A stretch of 64,000 nucleotides of DNA from Neocallimastix sp. 'constans' (taxonomy: Eukaryota): positions 434,001 through 498,000 of the forward strand of contig JBODTK010000117.1 of the NCBI GenBank assembly GCA_050613775.1, written 5' to 3'. Below, piece by piece: positions 1-11,200 of this stretch (the first letter of the stretch is position 1; each line of letters begins with the position of its first letter). The translations under genes and the position numbers were made by a program. Below the pieces are notes generated by a model. That model worked only from the letters and a program-made list of their open reading frames with translations. It did no database searches and was not told where the DNA came from.

Positions 1-1533
1 CCATTTGATAAAAGCTTATCGTTGAAACCTATTATTAAATTACTTAACTCTAAAGTAACTAAAGCTCTCTTTTCTGTTAGTAAATTTCTTTCAAATTCCA
101 AAATTCCTATTCCATTTAAGAAGATTATAATTAACTCTTATGTACTTAGTAAAGTCTCTTACTTTGCACCTTTACTTGGTTCGAATAAAACGAGAACAAA
201 TAATACTCAGAAATTAATTAATAAAGGATTAAGATGGATTGCAGGTATACAAAAAGCCAAATCATTTATTAATGTATATTCTATTTCAAAAGATTTACAT
301 ATTCCTCCATTGTCAGCTAAGTGTGCTTTGTCTCAGGTCAAATGTTTTGATAAATGGAAAAATTCAAATTGTATTATTTCCTATTTAGTTAATAATATTC
401 CAAAATCTAGAAAATATACATGGACAAAAGAAAGTAGAACTCTTAAACGTAAACTAGAGAAAAGAGGTAATAACGATAATAAAATCAAGGATTTTTATTG
501 GAAAAGAGATATGAAAATCAATTCTATTAAAGCTGAGTTTTATGACAAAAACAAATTCGAAGAAACATCAAAATTTATAAAACTTTGTTATGACTATCCT
601 GATCTTTCATATGGTTTCTATTGGCTATTGAGAGCACGAAGCGGATATATTTTAGATGCTAGAATTGCTAAAGCTGCAAAAATAGTGGACCAAATGTGTC
701 CTAATTTTTGTCCCTGTTGTAAAAGTAATAAACAATGGATAAGTCATTGGTTAATTGATTGTCCCTTTTTCAATCATACTCGTAGTAAAGTTAATGATAA
801 AATTTTATTTTTATATAATGCTTTTTACCGTGGCAACCTAACAAATGATATTGTTAATAGTAATAATGATAATAGTAATAGTAATAATAGTAATAGTTAT
901 AATAGTAATAATAATATTAGTAATAGTATTTTTAGTAATGTTAGTAATAGTATTGAAAATAATGTGTATATTGATTCTAGTGTGTGTGAAAAAGTGTTTA
1001 ATTTCCTTCTTGGAGGTCGAAGTATTAATAACAGTACAAGGGAATGGAAGGATCTATTTAAGTGCCAGATGAAATCAGGTGCTTATTCTGATACTCCGTT
1101 CTTAGTGGTTACTGCGGCACTTCTCCAATCGATTATACCTATTGCTATTGGCCAGCAATGGTCTTTGTTCAATAGGTTCAAATCGAATCGTACTACTACT
1201 ACCAAGAGCGTCAATGCTGAAGAAACAGTAAGACAGGCCAGCAGGGCTAGCGCAACCAATGAAGATCATAATTTTGTATCTTAAAATTATGATTAACATT
1301 GCGAAGTCAAAGTTAATTATTATACTTCAGTATAATAATGCCCTTGTGAAGTCTTACAAATATTAATTAAATGAAACTAGATTATATTATACCATTATTT
1401 TATTTTTATTTTGTGTTTTATTTTTTGTTTATTTTTTTATCTTTTTTTTTTTATTATTTTATTACATGTATTTTATCAAATATTTAATTAATAAAGATGA
1501 AAAAAGTTTGCTGCCGTTAAAAAAAAAAAAAAA
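1..1533 (+). mobile_element. LINE A, 3' portion (starts left of window), ends in poly(A)
   Basis: ORF homologous to the C-termini of LINEs B/C/D (YFAPLLGSNK, CPCC..HWLIDC); AATAAA near 1490; poly(A) 1519-1533. Confidence 0.9.
22..1284 (+). CDS. C-terminal part of LINE polyprotein (post-RT region, CCHC-type zinc knuckle); 5'-partial
   Basis: Aligns by eye to the C-terminus of the 1194-aa ORF at 8220; CPCC-x7-HWxxxC motif. Confidence 0.85.
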   Translation: MKPIIKLLNSKVTKALFSVSKFLSNSKIPIPFKKIIINSYVLSKVSYFAPLLGSNKTRTNNTQKLINKGLRWIAGIQKAKSFINVYSISKDLHIPPLSAKCALSQVKCFDKWKNSNCIISYLVNNIPKSRKYTWTKESRTLKRKLEKRGNNDNKIKDFYWKRDMKINSIKAEFYDKNKFEETSKFIKLCYDYPDLSYGFYWLLRARSGYILDARIAKAAKIVDQMCPNFCPCCKSNKQWISHWLIDCPFFNHTRSKVNDKILFLYNAFYRGNLTNDIVNSNNDNSNSNNSNSYNSNNNISNSIFSNVSNSIENNVYIDSSVCEKVFNFLLGGRSINNSTREWKDLFKCQMKSGAYSDTPFLVVTAALLQSIIPIAIGQQWSLFNRFKSNRTTTTKSVNAEETVRQASRASATNEDHNFVS

Positions 1534-2070
1534 ATGGAGGGTTGATGGAAAAGGAATAACCTATATCAGGTGTACTAATTACAGCTTTCTGTGATTCTGA
1601 TGATAATCAATGGTTATCCTTTCTAAAGTGGCTTCTAGTACGAAGAGAGAAATCTGGAATACTGGAAGACTGTAGAAAGTGAACTTGACGTTCTATAATG
1701 TCTTAAACTGGATATGTAGTAACATTGGAGTTGTACAATTAATAATATCATGTAGTTTCTACATATTATCATTGTAATGAATCTATTGTATTTTTTACTT
1801 TAGCATTATTTTGTATATGTTTTTTTCTATAGTATTATTTATACTCTCATGTAGCTATTGTAAAATGGAAATGTAGGAGATTGATTCACTCCAAAGCTTG
1901 TGTTTGAGACATTATTTAATGGATGGGAATCTTTTTATAGTTTTTCACAACTATTATTTCATTAACATTTAAATTTTATATTATATATGATTATTTTACA
2001 GAAATTTTTACATAAAACAGGAATTTATAATTGAAAATCATTAATTAAAACTAGTCAACACAAAAAGAAA

Positions 2071-2168
2071 CACACCTCAACCCATTTTGCATTAATAATA
2101 AATTTCATGTATTTAAACTTCATGTATTTTTTATTATTAAAATATTATTAAATAAAGTTTATTCCTAG

Positions 2169-2216
<48 letters not shown>
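2071..2216 (+). mobile_element. Short SINE-like retroposed chimera: tRNA-like head remnant + LINE B 3' tail + poly(A)
   Basis: TSD (aa)cacaaaaagaaa at 2057-2070 and 2215-2228; 2101-2171 matches LINE B 3' end (~6473-6540); 2071-2092 is the exact reverse complement of 51197-51218. Confidence 0.8.
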
Positions 2217-2217
<1 letters not shown>

Positions 2218-2387
2218 ACAAAAAGAAAGAAAAACAAACAAGTTTTAGCAAACAATATACACGAAAGAGAAGACAACAGCAATAAATTTTTATTTTTTTT
2301 TAATTTTTTAATTTTTACTAATTTTATTTTTTTATTTTTTTTATTACACTTACTTTTTATTAATATAGATAAGTTTTTTATTTTATT

Positions 2388-5300
2388 ATGTCAACTATAC
2401 GAAGAGGTCTGCGACTTTATGGTCCTGACCATGATAAATTTGTTTTAATTTTCATTCATGATCTTGAATCTTGGACTGAAAGTAGACTATGGGAATTTTT
2501 AAGCAAAAAGATATCAAATTGTAATGAAGTTGTTCATGGAATCGTTAAAAAACACTATATTAATATGGAAAACTACTTCATCCTAAGAGTTAACTATAAT
2601 AATTGTACGGATTATTTGAAGGTTATTTATTTGATTACTAAGCACTTACCTGTTAAAAGAATTAAATGGAAGATTACTTCAAGGATACGCACATTTAGTA
2701 ATGTTAATCATAATAGAACCAGGTATTATTCTGAACCCTCAATCCCCATCTCTGAAAGCCTCCTGTATGCTAACCCTTTCTCGAATACTAAATATTTCAA
2801 CCTCTGTATTAGCTGGAACATAAATGGTTGGAATTCTGAAAAACGTGACGGACTTACCAATTTTAATTCAATCTTTAATCCTATTTGTATTTGTCTTCAA
2901 GAAGTCGGTAATAGTTCATTCCTTAACTCCTTTTCTAACTCATATCCATTCCTTAATCATTATAGAACAGTACTGAGACGTGCGGACAAAAAAATCCCTG
3001 GTATGAGGGGCCTTTATATAGGTGTGCACTCCTCCTGCCAATTCACTAATGATGATTTTGAATATAGATATATACTCTCAGTAAATATATTCTCTTTTTG
3101 GGGTGTCAGATGTTCTTTAGGGAACATTTACATCCCTAGCAAAAAACACAAAGACTCTAGAGAAAAAGCGGAAACTGATTTTGCTAATTGGCTCAAGAAC
3201 CATCAGAATAACCCTTCGGCTATTGTTGGTGATTTCAACATGACTAAGCAACAACTCAAAGATCTTATTCTTAGAATTTCCCCTCAATGGTTTGTTATGG
3301 ATATGGTTGGTCATCAATTTACTTGGTCTAATGGTGGAAAGAATTCTTGTATTGATTTTATAGTAGTGAACGATAAATTAAGAAATTATCTGAATATTGC
3401 TTCTGTATGCTACTCTTTTAATGACATCTCTGACCATTTACCACTTATTCTTTCTTGTAAAAAAATATCTCCTGATGGTTTTGTTACTCCCCCTCGGGAT
3501 AAACAAATTAAGTGGTCTAATCGAATTTGTAGGGATAAACGTGAAGCAATCTTCTCTCATAATAAATTCACATGTTTACTGGATGAATTTGAACATAATG
3601 ATAATCTAGACTCTAATACAATGGTTAAAAAACTTCTTGACACAGCAAATAAAATAGGCGATGACATTCAAGCAAGAGTTCCTACAAATTTACAGGGTTC
3701 AGCGTTCCATTGTCCTGCTTATATTAAGAAATTATCACATGAAAAACATTTATTTTATAAAAGGATTAAAAATTTTAAACTTAGTAATGATTTGTCAAAT
3801 CTTCAAGAATTTTGTGATCTCTCAAAAGAATATAGAGTTCTTTCTGATTATATCATTAGTATTAAAAGAAATATTAGGAATATTAGATTTAAAAATTTGA
3901 TTCATTCCATCGGCGAATGTTTCTTAAAAAATGATGCCCAGCGTGGTTGGTCTGGACTTAAGAAAATTTCTAAACCTTCTTACTCTCCTTCCCAATCACC
4001 TGTATACATTAAAGATAAAGAAGGTAATGTTCTAGTATCCCAAGAAGATCAACTCAATCGTTTTGCAGAACACTATGAAGAACTTGCTTCTGATATAACT
4101 GGTCACAGTCTTAATGAAAATTATTGGAAAAGAATACTTAATAATTCTTCTACTCCTCAGGAATCATGGGATATTAATCAACCTATTTCCATGTCAGAAA
4201 TTCATTCAACTGTTCTCTCAATGAAAAATAACAAAGCACCTGGTCCTGATGGTATACCTACAGAATTTTTTAAAGCATTTTTTAATTCTGAGAGTAGAAA
4301 TTCTTCTCAGGATGACTCTAATCAAGAGGTTACTTATTCCGATTGTGCAAAGTGTCTGTTATTACTTTTTAATAAAATTTGGGATGGTGACTTTCCTAAT
4401 GAATGGAACTCTGCTTCTATTGTCTCTATTCCTAAAAAAGGGGATCTTTCAGATTGTAATAATTATCGTGGTATTTCACTCATCAATGTAGGTTTAAAAA
4501 TTCTATCAAAAATTGTCACTAAAAGAATATCGGACTATGCTTTTTCTAATGGAATAATTAGACCAGAACAATTTGGTTTTAGAAATAAAGAAGAATGTAT
4601 TAGTTTATTTGTATCCATTCGTGAAATTTGTCAAAGAAGAAAATTTAAGGATAAATTTACCTTTCTTGCCTTTCTTGACCTTAAAAAAGCTTATGATTCA
4701 GTTCCAATTTACAATATACTTACTAAACTAAATTATCTTGGTATTCGTGGTAAATGCCTTCAATTCATTACTAATCTATACCTTACCTCGAAAGCTCGTG
4801 CAAACTTTAATGGTAAACTTTCAAAAGAATTTCCAATACACCGTGGTGTTCGCCAAGGGTGTCCTCTCTCACCTATTTTATTCAATATATTTATCAATGA
4901 TATTTTTGATAAATGTAAAAGTTATGGTGTGATTACTGAAAAGAAAAAGTGTTGTGGTGGATTATTTGCTGATGATATTGTATTATTAGCTCCTACAAAA
5001 TCTTCACTTAAAAACCTTTTGAATATTGCTCATGATTGGGGTATTAAAAATGAAATGACCTTTGGAATCAATAAATGCGCTACACTAGTTGTTAAACCAA
5101 AGAATTTTATACCTTCAAGACATTATGAAAATCCTACTTTTAGACTTGGTATGAACTATATACCAAGCACTAATCAATATACATATCTTGGTATACCTTT
5201 TAATGAATCGTTGGATTTAAAACCTATTATTGCTAAGATGAATAGTAAAATTAATTATACAGTTAACTCTTTCTTTAGATCTTTAACCAATAGGAATGTT

Positions 5301-6444
5301 CCTTTCTACTTTAAAACTCGTATACTAGTTTCTTTTGTCCTTAGTTCAGTTCAAAAAGAATACTGAAAAAGCTCAAACTGCTTTTAATCGAGGTTTGTAT
5401 TGGAGTTTCGGGTTTAAAAATAAAACCTCCAATACTTCAATTTACAATATGTCTAAGGAACTTTCTATACCTCCTATAGCTAGTTTTTGTGATAAGGCGA
5501 TGATTCGATGTTTTAAAAAGTGGAAAGATTCTTCTTGTATTATTTCTCATTTAGTCAAAAATATACCTACACTTTCTCACTATTCATGGACAAAAAAAGC
5601 ACGGAGTTTAGCAGTACATAAGCACAATAATAAACTTCCTGGAGAAATAAGGAAGTTTTACTGGGAAAATATTCATTATTCAAGCACTCCTGCGATCAGA
5701 TCTACAAAATACAAGAAATTTAAATTTGGTTTTAAAAAATTTATTCAACGTCTATCACTTAAATATTCACAATTTTCTCTTGGATTTTTTTGGATTGGAC
5801 GAATTAAATGTGGATTTAAATTTGATGTAAAAACGTATGTTAAAAGTAATCTAGTATCAGAAAATTGCCCAACATACTGCCCTTGTTGTGGTGAGAGTAA
5901 CAGCATACCTAGTTTTACACACTGGATACTTTTATGTCCTAAATTTGAAGAATTTAGGCAACATTTCATTCCCTTTGTTGATGAAATTTTTATTAATTTT
6001 TCTCTAATTGGTCATGAGAAATCATTGAACATTCCTGATGATAAAGAGGAAGATTTTGATGATAATATCAATTTTTATGTGCTGTGACTCCTTCTTGGCG
6101 GAAATGCAGTATTTGAAATCTTAAAGATCGGCTCGGGGGAAAGAAGGCGATATATTAATAATATTTTTCAATCACCTTCGAACGAGTCTTCTTTCCCGAT
6201 TTCATATTTTGTGGGGCTTGCGGAACTCCTTACTAACGTTATGCCTATTGTGATTGGTGATTTTTACACCATGATCGATTTGTATAGTGTTAGACCTACC
6301 GTTGTCAAGAGCGTCGACGTCGTAACGATAAGGCAAAGAAGAAATTCTGATACAGATTCGAATGATAATTTTCATCCACATGGAGTTATCTTCGATGAAT
6401 GGGAAGAGTTAGAGGCCATTTCGTCCTCGAATCTCATAACGTAG
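2388..6444 (+). pseudogene. LINE B polyprotein (APE endonuclease, RT, CCHC), disrupted
   Basis: SWNINGW, CLQE, GDFN, SDHLP (APE); KAPGPDG, YRGISL, GVRQGCPLSP, FADD (RT); frameshifting deletion near 5347; in-frame TGA 6085-6087; ORF pieces 2388-5366, 5335-6087, 6211-6444. Confidence 0.9.
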
Positions 6445-6537
6445 TTTTTTAATATTAATTTAAAAAAAAAAAAATTTCATGTATTTAAACTTCATGTATT
6501 TTTTAAAAAAATATTATTAAATAAAGTTTATTCCTAG

Positions 6538-6571
<34 letters not shown>

Positions 6572-6573
<2 letters not shown>

Positions 6574-6751
6574 GATCTTAAAAAAGCCTATGATTCAGTT
6601 CCTATCTTTAATATTTTGACCAAATTATATAACTTAGGAATTAGAGATAAATGCCATCTATTTTTAAAGAATCTTTATCTATCCTCTAAAGCTCGTGCTT
6701 TTTTTAATGGTAATCTCTCAGAAGAATTTTCGATTAATCGTGGTGTTAGAC
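6572..6751 (+). mobile_element. 180-nt internal RT fragment of LINE C family
   Basis: Matches 9997-10176 with two synonymous substitutions. Confidence 0.9.
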
Positions 6752-7679
6752 CCCCAATGATGTGGACTGTTTTTCCAGGTCCATGGAGGGTTGATGGAAA
6801 GGGATTAACCTATATCAGGTGTACTAATTACAGCTTTCTGTGATTCTGATGATAATCGATGGTTATCCTTTCTAAAGTGGCTTCTAGTACGAAGAGTGAA
6901 AACTGGAATACTGGAAGACTGTAGAAAGTGAACCTGATGTTTTATATTGTTTTAAACTGGATATGTAGTAACATTGGAATTGTATAATTATTAATATCAT
7001 GTAGTTTCTACATATTATCATTGTAATGAATCTATTGTATTTTTTACTTTAGCATTATTTTGTATATGTATTTTTCTATAGTATTATTTATACTTTCATG
7101 TAGCTATTGTAAAATGGAAATGTAAGAGATTGATTCACTCCAAAGCTTGTGTTTAAGACATTATTTAACGGATGGGAATCTTTTTTATAGTCTTTCTCTA
7201 CTAATATTTTTTTCTTTTTAAATATACTTTTAGCTAATTTATGACTATTCAACAGAAAATTTTTAACATCTTAAAGCGCTTTATTAATTGAAAGAATTAC
7301 AATCAGTCAAAAGATAAAAAGAAACAATTATTCATTTTAACAGTATATACAAGTAATTTTGTATCAATAAATTACTAACCCTTAAGTAAATTTATAAATA
7401 TTATATCAGTTATACAGGATAAAATCAATTATTTACAAAATCTAAAATCTATTAAATCATTAAGAACAATTTTATATTTAAAGCTTTCAAATATTCAACA
7501 CCAATATTTTTTTTTTTACTATTTAAAGGGAATTTACTTTCTCTTTTATTTTTTAATTTATTTTATTATATATATATATATAAAAAAAAAAAAATAAAAA
7601 AATTTTTATCTATTTTTTTTATTATTTTTATTATTTTTATTTTATTCTTCTTTTATTTTATTTTTTAGGCTTTTTTGAA

Positions 7680-8183
7680 ATGGATAATACTTCTTCAAAT
7701 TCAGCAACTATACCTGTTTTGCGACGTAGTCTTCGAAGATACGATATTCAGAATAAAGATTTCATTCTTATCTTTATTCATGATCTTCAATCATGGTCTG
7801 CTAGTAAACTTTGGGAATTTCTTAGTAAACGTATTTCCAATTGCAATGAAATAGTTCATGGAATTATAAAAACACATACACCTAATATGGAAAATTACTT
7901 CATATTAAGGATAAACTATGATAAACCCACTTATTACCTAAATATTTTATTTCTTCTTACCCATTGCCTTCCAATCAAAAAAATTAATTGGATCCAAACC
8001 GACAAAATCAGAACTTTCAGTGAAGTTAAGAAATTTAACAACAAATTTTCTTCTTTTGAAACTAAATCAATGGCTAAAGATTTTTTTTATAGTAATATTT
8101 ATTCACCGTCTACTCAGTTCTTTAATCTTTGTGTCAATTGGAACATTAATGGATGGAATGCTGAAAAACGTGATGGTATTTGA
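7680..8183 (+). CDS. LINE C N-terminal segment up to the first APE motif (WNINGW); in frame with 8220-11804, ends at TGA
   Basis: Colinear with the N-terminus of the LINE B ORF; same frame as the downstream ORF. Confidence 0.8.
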   Translation: MDNTSSNSATIPVLRRSLRRYDIQNKDFILIFIHDLQSWSASKLWEFLSKRISNCNEIVHGIIKTHTPNMENYFILRINYDKPTYYLNILFLLTHCLPIKKINWIQTDKIRTFSEVKKFNNKFSSFETKSMAKDFFYSNIYSPSTQFFNLCVNWNINGWNAEKRDGI

Positions 8184-8219
8184 TACTTTAATGAAATTTT
8201 TAAACCTATCTGTATTTGC

Positions 8220-11200
8220 TTGCAAGAGGTCGGTAATAGCCAATACCTTAATGTACATTCAAATAATTACCCATTTCTTTGTCACTATAATACAATTTTA
8301 CGTAAAGCTGATCCAAATATACCCGGTATGAGAGGTCTTAGTATAAGTGTACATCGTTCATGTTCATTTTCTCCTGATCCCTTTGAATATAAGTATATCA
8401 TTTCTGTCAACATTACTTCTTTTTGGGGAATTAAATGCACTATTGGTAATATTTATGTTCCTACGGTCACTCATAAGGAAGAAAGAAAGAATGCCTTTTC
8501 AGAAATTACTAATTGGATAAAGAAACATACTAATACACCTTCTATTCTTGTAGGTGACTTTAATATGTCTAAATCCCAATTAGATAGTTTACTTAATAAA
8601 TCATCTTATCAGTGGTTCACTAAATACTTATCAGGTCTCGATTTCACATGGGCTCGGGATGGTAGATCGTCTTGTATTGATCATGTTTTATTTAATTGTA
8701 AAATGAAGGAATACGTTAATAAGGTATCTGTTTGTAGTACATTCAATGATATATCTGACCACTTCCCTCTTATCCTTTCCTGTAAGAAAGATGACTCAGA
8801 AGGTTTTCGTACTCCTACTCCTTCTAGAAGATTCAAGTGGTCCCAACGCATGTGTAATGAAAAGCATAATGAAATATTCTCAAGTAACTACTTCTCAATT
8901 CTTCTTTATGAATTTGATGATAATAAAGAATTAAGTTCTAATGAAATGGTCAATAAATTTATAGAAACAGCTATTAAAGTTGGTGATAAAGTTCATGCTA
9001 GAGTTCCTTGTGATCTTAAAGGATCAGCTTTCCACTGCCCTTATTATATCAAGAAACTTTCTCATGAAAAGCATGTTGCATTTAATGAAATCAAAAATTT
9101 TTCTTTAGGTTCTAATCTTGAAAACCTTGATGAATTTTTAAATTTGCTTCGTGAGTATAAAAATATATGTGGTAAAGTCAGGTCAATTAAGTTTTCTATT
9201 AAATCAAAACAATTTCATCAGTCAATAGAATCTGCATGTAATGATTTTCGTAATAAAAATGCTAGGAGTGCTTGGTTAAAATTAAAGAAGCTATCTCGCC
9301 CTATGAACTCTAATTCTATTTCGTCAAGTGCTTTAAAGGACAAGCAGGGTAACTTTTTATTTTCTCATTCGGATCAATTAAATCGATTTGCTGAACATTA
9401 CAGTGAACTAGCTTCTGATGTTACTCAACACAGTTTGGATAATGAATACTGGGTAAGTTTATTTGGAACTAATCCTAATAATAATCTTACTTGGGATATT
9501 AATGATTCTATTACTATGGAAGAAATTCAAAACACTGTGCTTGAAATGAAAAATAATAAAGCTCCTGGACCCGATGGTATTCCGATTGAATTTTTTAAAG
9601 CCTTCTTTAGTAAATCTGATTTATCCGATAATCAAGATGATTCTTCAGATGATCACTACTCTAAGTGTGCTAAATGTTTACTTTCATTATTTAACAAAAT
9701 CTGGGATGGTGATTTCCCTGAAGAGTGGAATTCGGCTTCTATAATATCAATTCCAAAAAAAGGAGATCTTTCGGATTGTAATAATTATCGTGGTATTTCT
9801 CTTATTAATGTTGGCTTAAAAATTATTTCAAAGATTGTTACTAATAGAATTGCTAAATATGCACTTGAACATAAATTTGTTAGACCTGAACAATTTGGAT
9901 TTAGAAATAAAGAAGAATGCATAAGTTTGTATATTTCAATTAGAGAGATATGTCAAAGAAGAAAATTTAAAGGAAATTTTACTTATCTTGCTTTTCTCGA
10001 TCTTAAAAAAGCCTATGATTCAGTTCCTATCTTTAATATTTTGACCAAATTATATAACTTAGGAATTAGAGATAAATGTCATCTGTTTTTAAAGAATCTT
10101 TATCTATCCTCTAAAGCTCGTGCTTTTTTTAATGGTAATCTCTCAGAAGAATTTTCGATTAATCGTGGTGTTAGACAAGGATGCCCTCTATCTCCTATTT
10201 TATTTAATTTGTTCATTAATGATATACTGGATAATTGTGATAAGTATGGTGTATATTTAGATTCTCAATATTGTTGTGGTGGACTTTTTGCGGATGATAT
10301 TGTTTTAGTTGCTCCATCTAAACAAGCTCTTAAGAAAATTTTGAATAAAGTTCATGAATGGGCTATTAAAAATGAAATGACTTTTGGAATTAATAAGTGT
10401 GCTACTCTTGTTGTAAAACCGATTAACTTTGTTAAACCGATAAATTATGAAGATCCATCTTTCTTCATTGGTAGTAAAATATTACCTAAAACTGACAACT
10501 ATACCTATCTTGGTATTCCTTTTGATGAATCTTTATCACTGAAACCTATACAATCCAAATTAAACAGTAATTTAAATGTCAAGTTAAATTTGTACTTTCG
10601 ATTTCTTATTAATAAATCTGTTCCTCTCCCATTGAAGAAATATGTTTTAATTTCGTTTATTCTTAGTCTTGTTATATATTATGCTCCTCTCTTTGGTTCA
10701 AATAAGAGCAGATGTTCTAAAGCTCAAAAAATTATTAATAGAGGACTTTATTGGAGTTACGGATTTAAATCTCGCAATTCTTCTGTTAGTCTCTATAATA
10801 TTACTCGTGAATTGAGAATACCTACTCTTTCAGCTGTCTGTGCTATATCTCAATTACGTTGCTTTAGAAAATGGAAAAACTCATCATGTATTATTAATCA
10901 TCTCACTAATAATATTCCTACTATGTCACATTATTCATGGACTAAAGAATCAAAGACTTTGGATAAGAAATTAAATGGTAAGAAAACAAGTGAAATAAAA
11001 AAGTTTTATTGGGAAAGAGATGTCTTCAAACCCTCAAAAGCTAAAAAAGCAATTATTTACAAGGAGAATGATTTTGGATTTATTTCAGAAATCAGAAACT
11101 TAACATTTCAATATCCTAAGTATCAGTTGGGATTCTTTTGGATTTCTCGTATTAGGTGTGGTTTTAAATTCGACATTAGTATTTCCATTAAAAGAAAAAT

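Larger units (their letters stand above)
1534..6570 (+). mobile_element. LINE B, near full length (5' UTR, single APE-RT-CCHC frame, 3' UTR, poly(A))
   Basis: 5' UTR near-identical to LINE C from 6783; AATAAA then poly(A) from 6541. Confidence 0.92.

Noticed and set aside
6847..6902. CTGATGA ... GAAA as a hammerhead ribozyme or C/D snoRNA
   Set aside because: No stem II directly joining CTGATGA to GAAA; the distal CTGA (6934) is not kept in the LINE B copy
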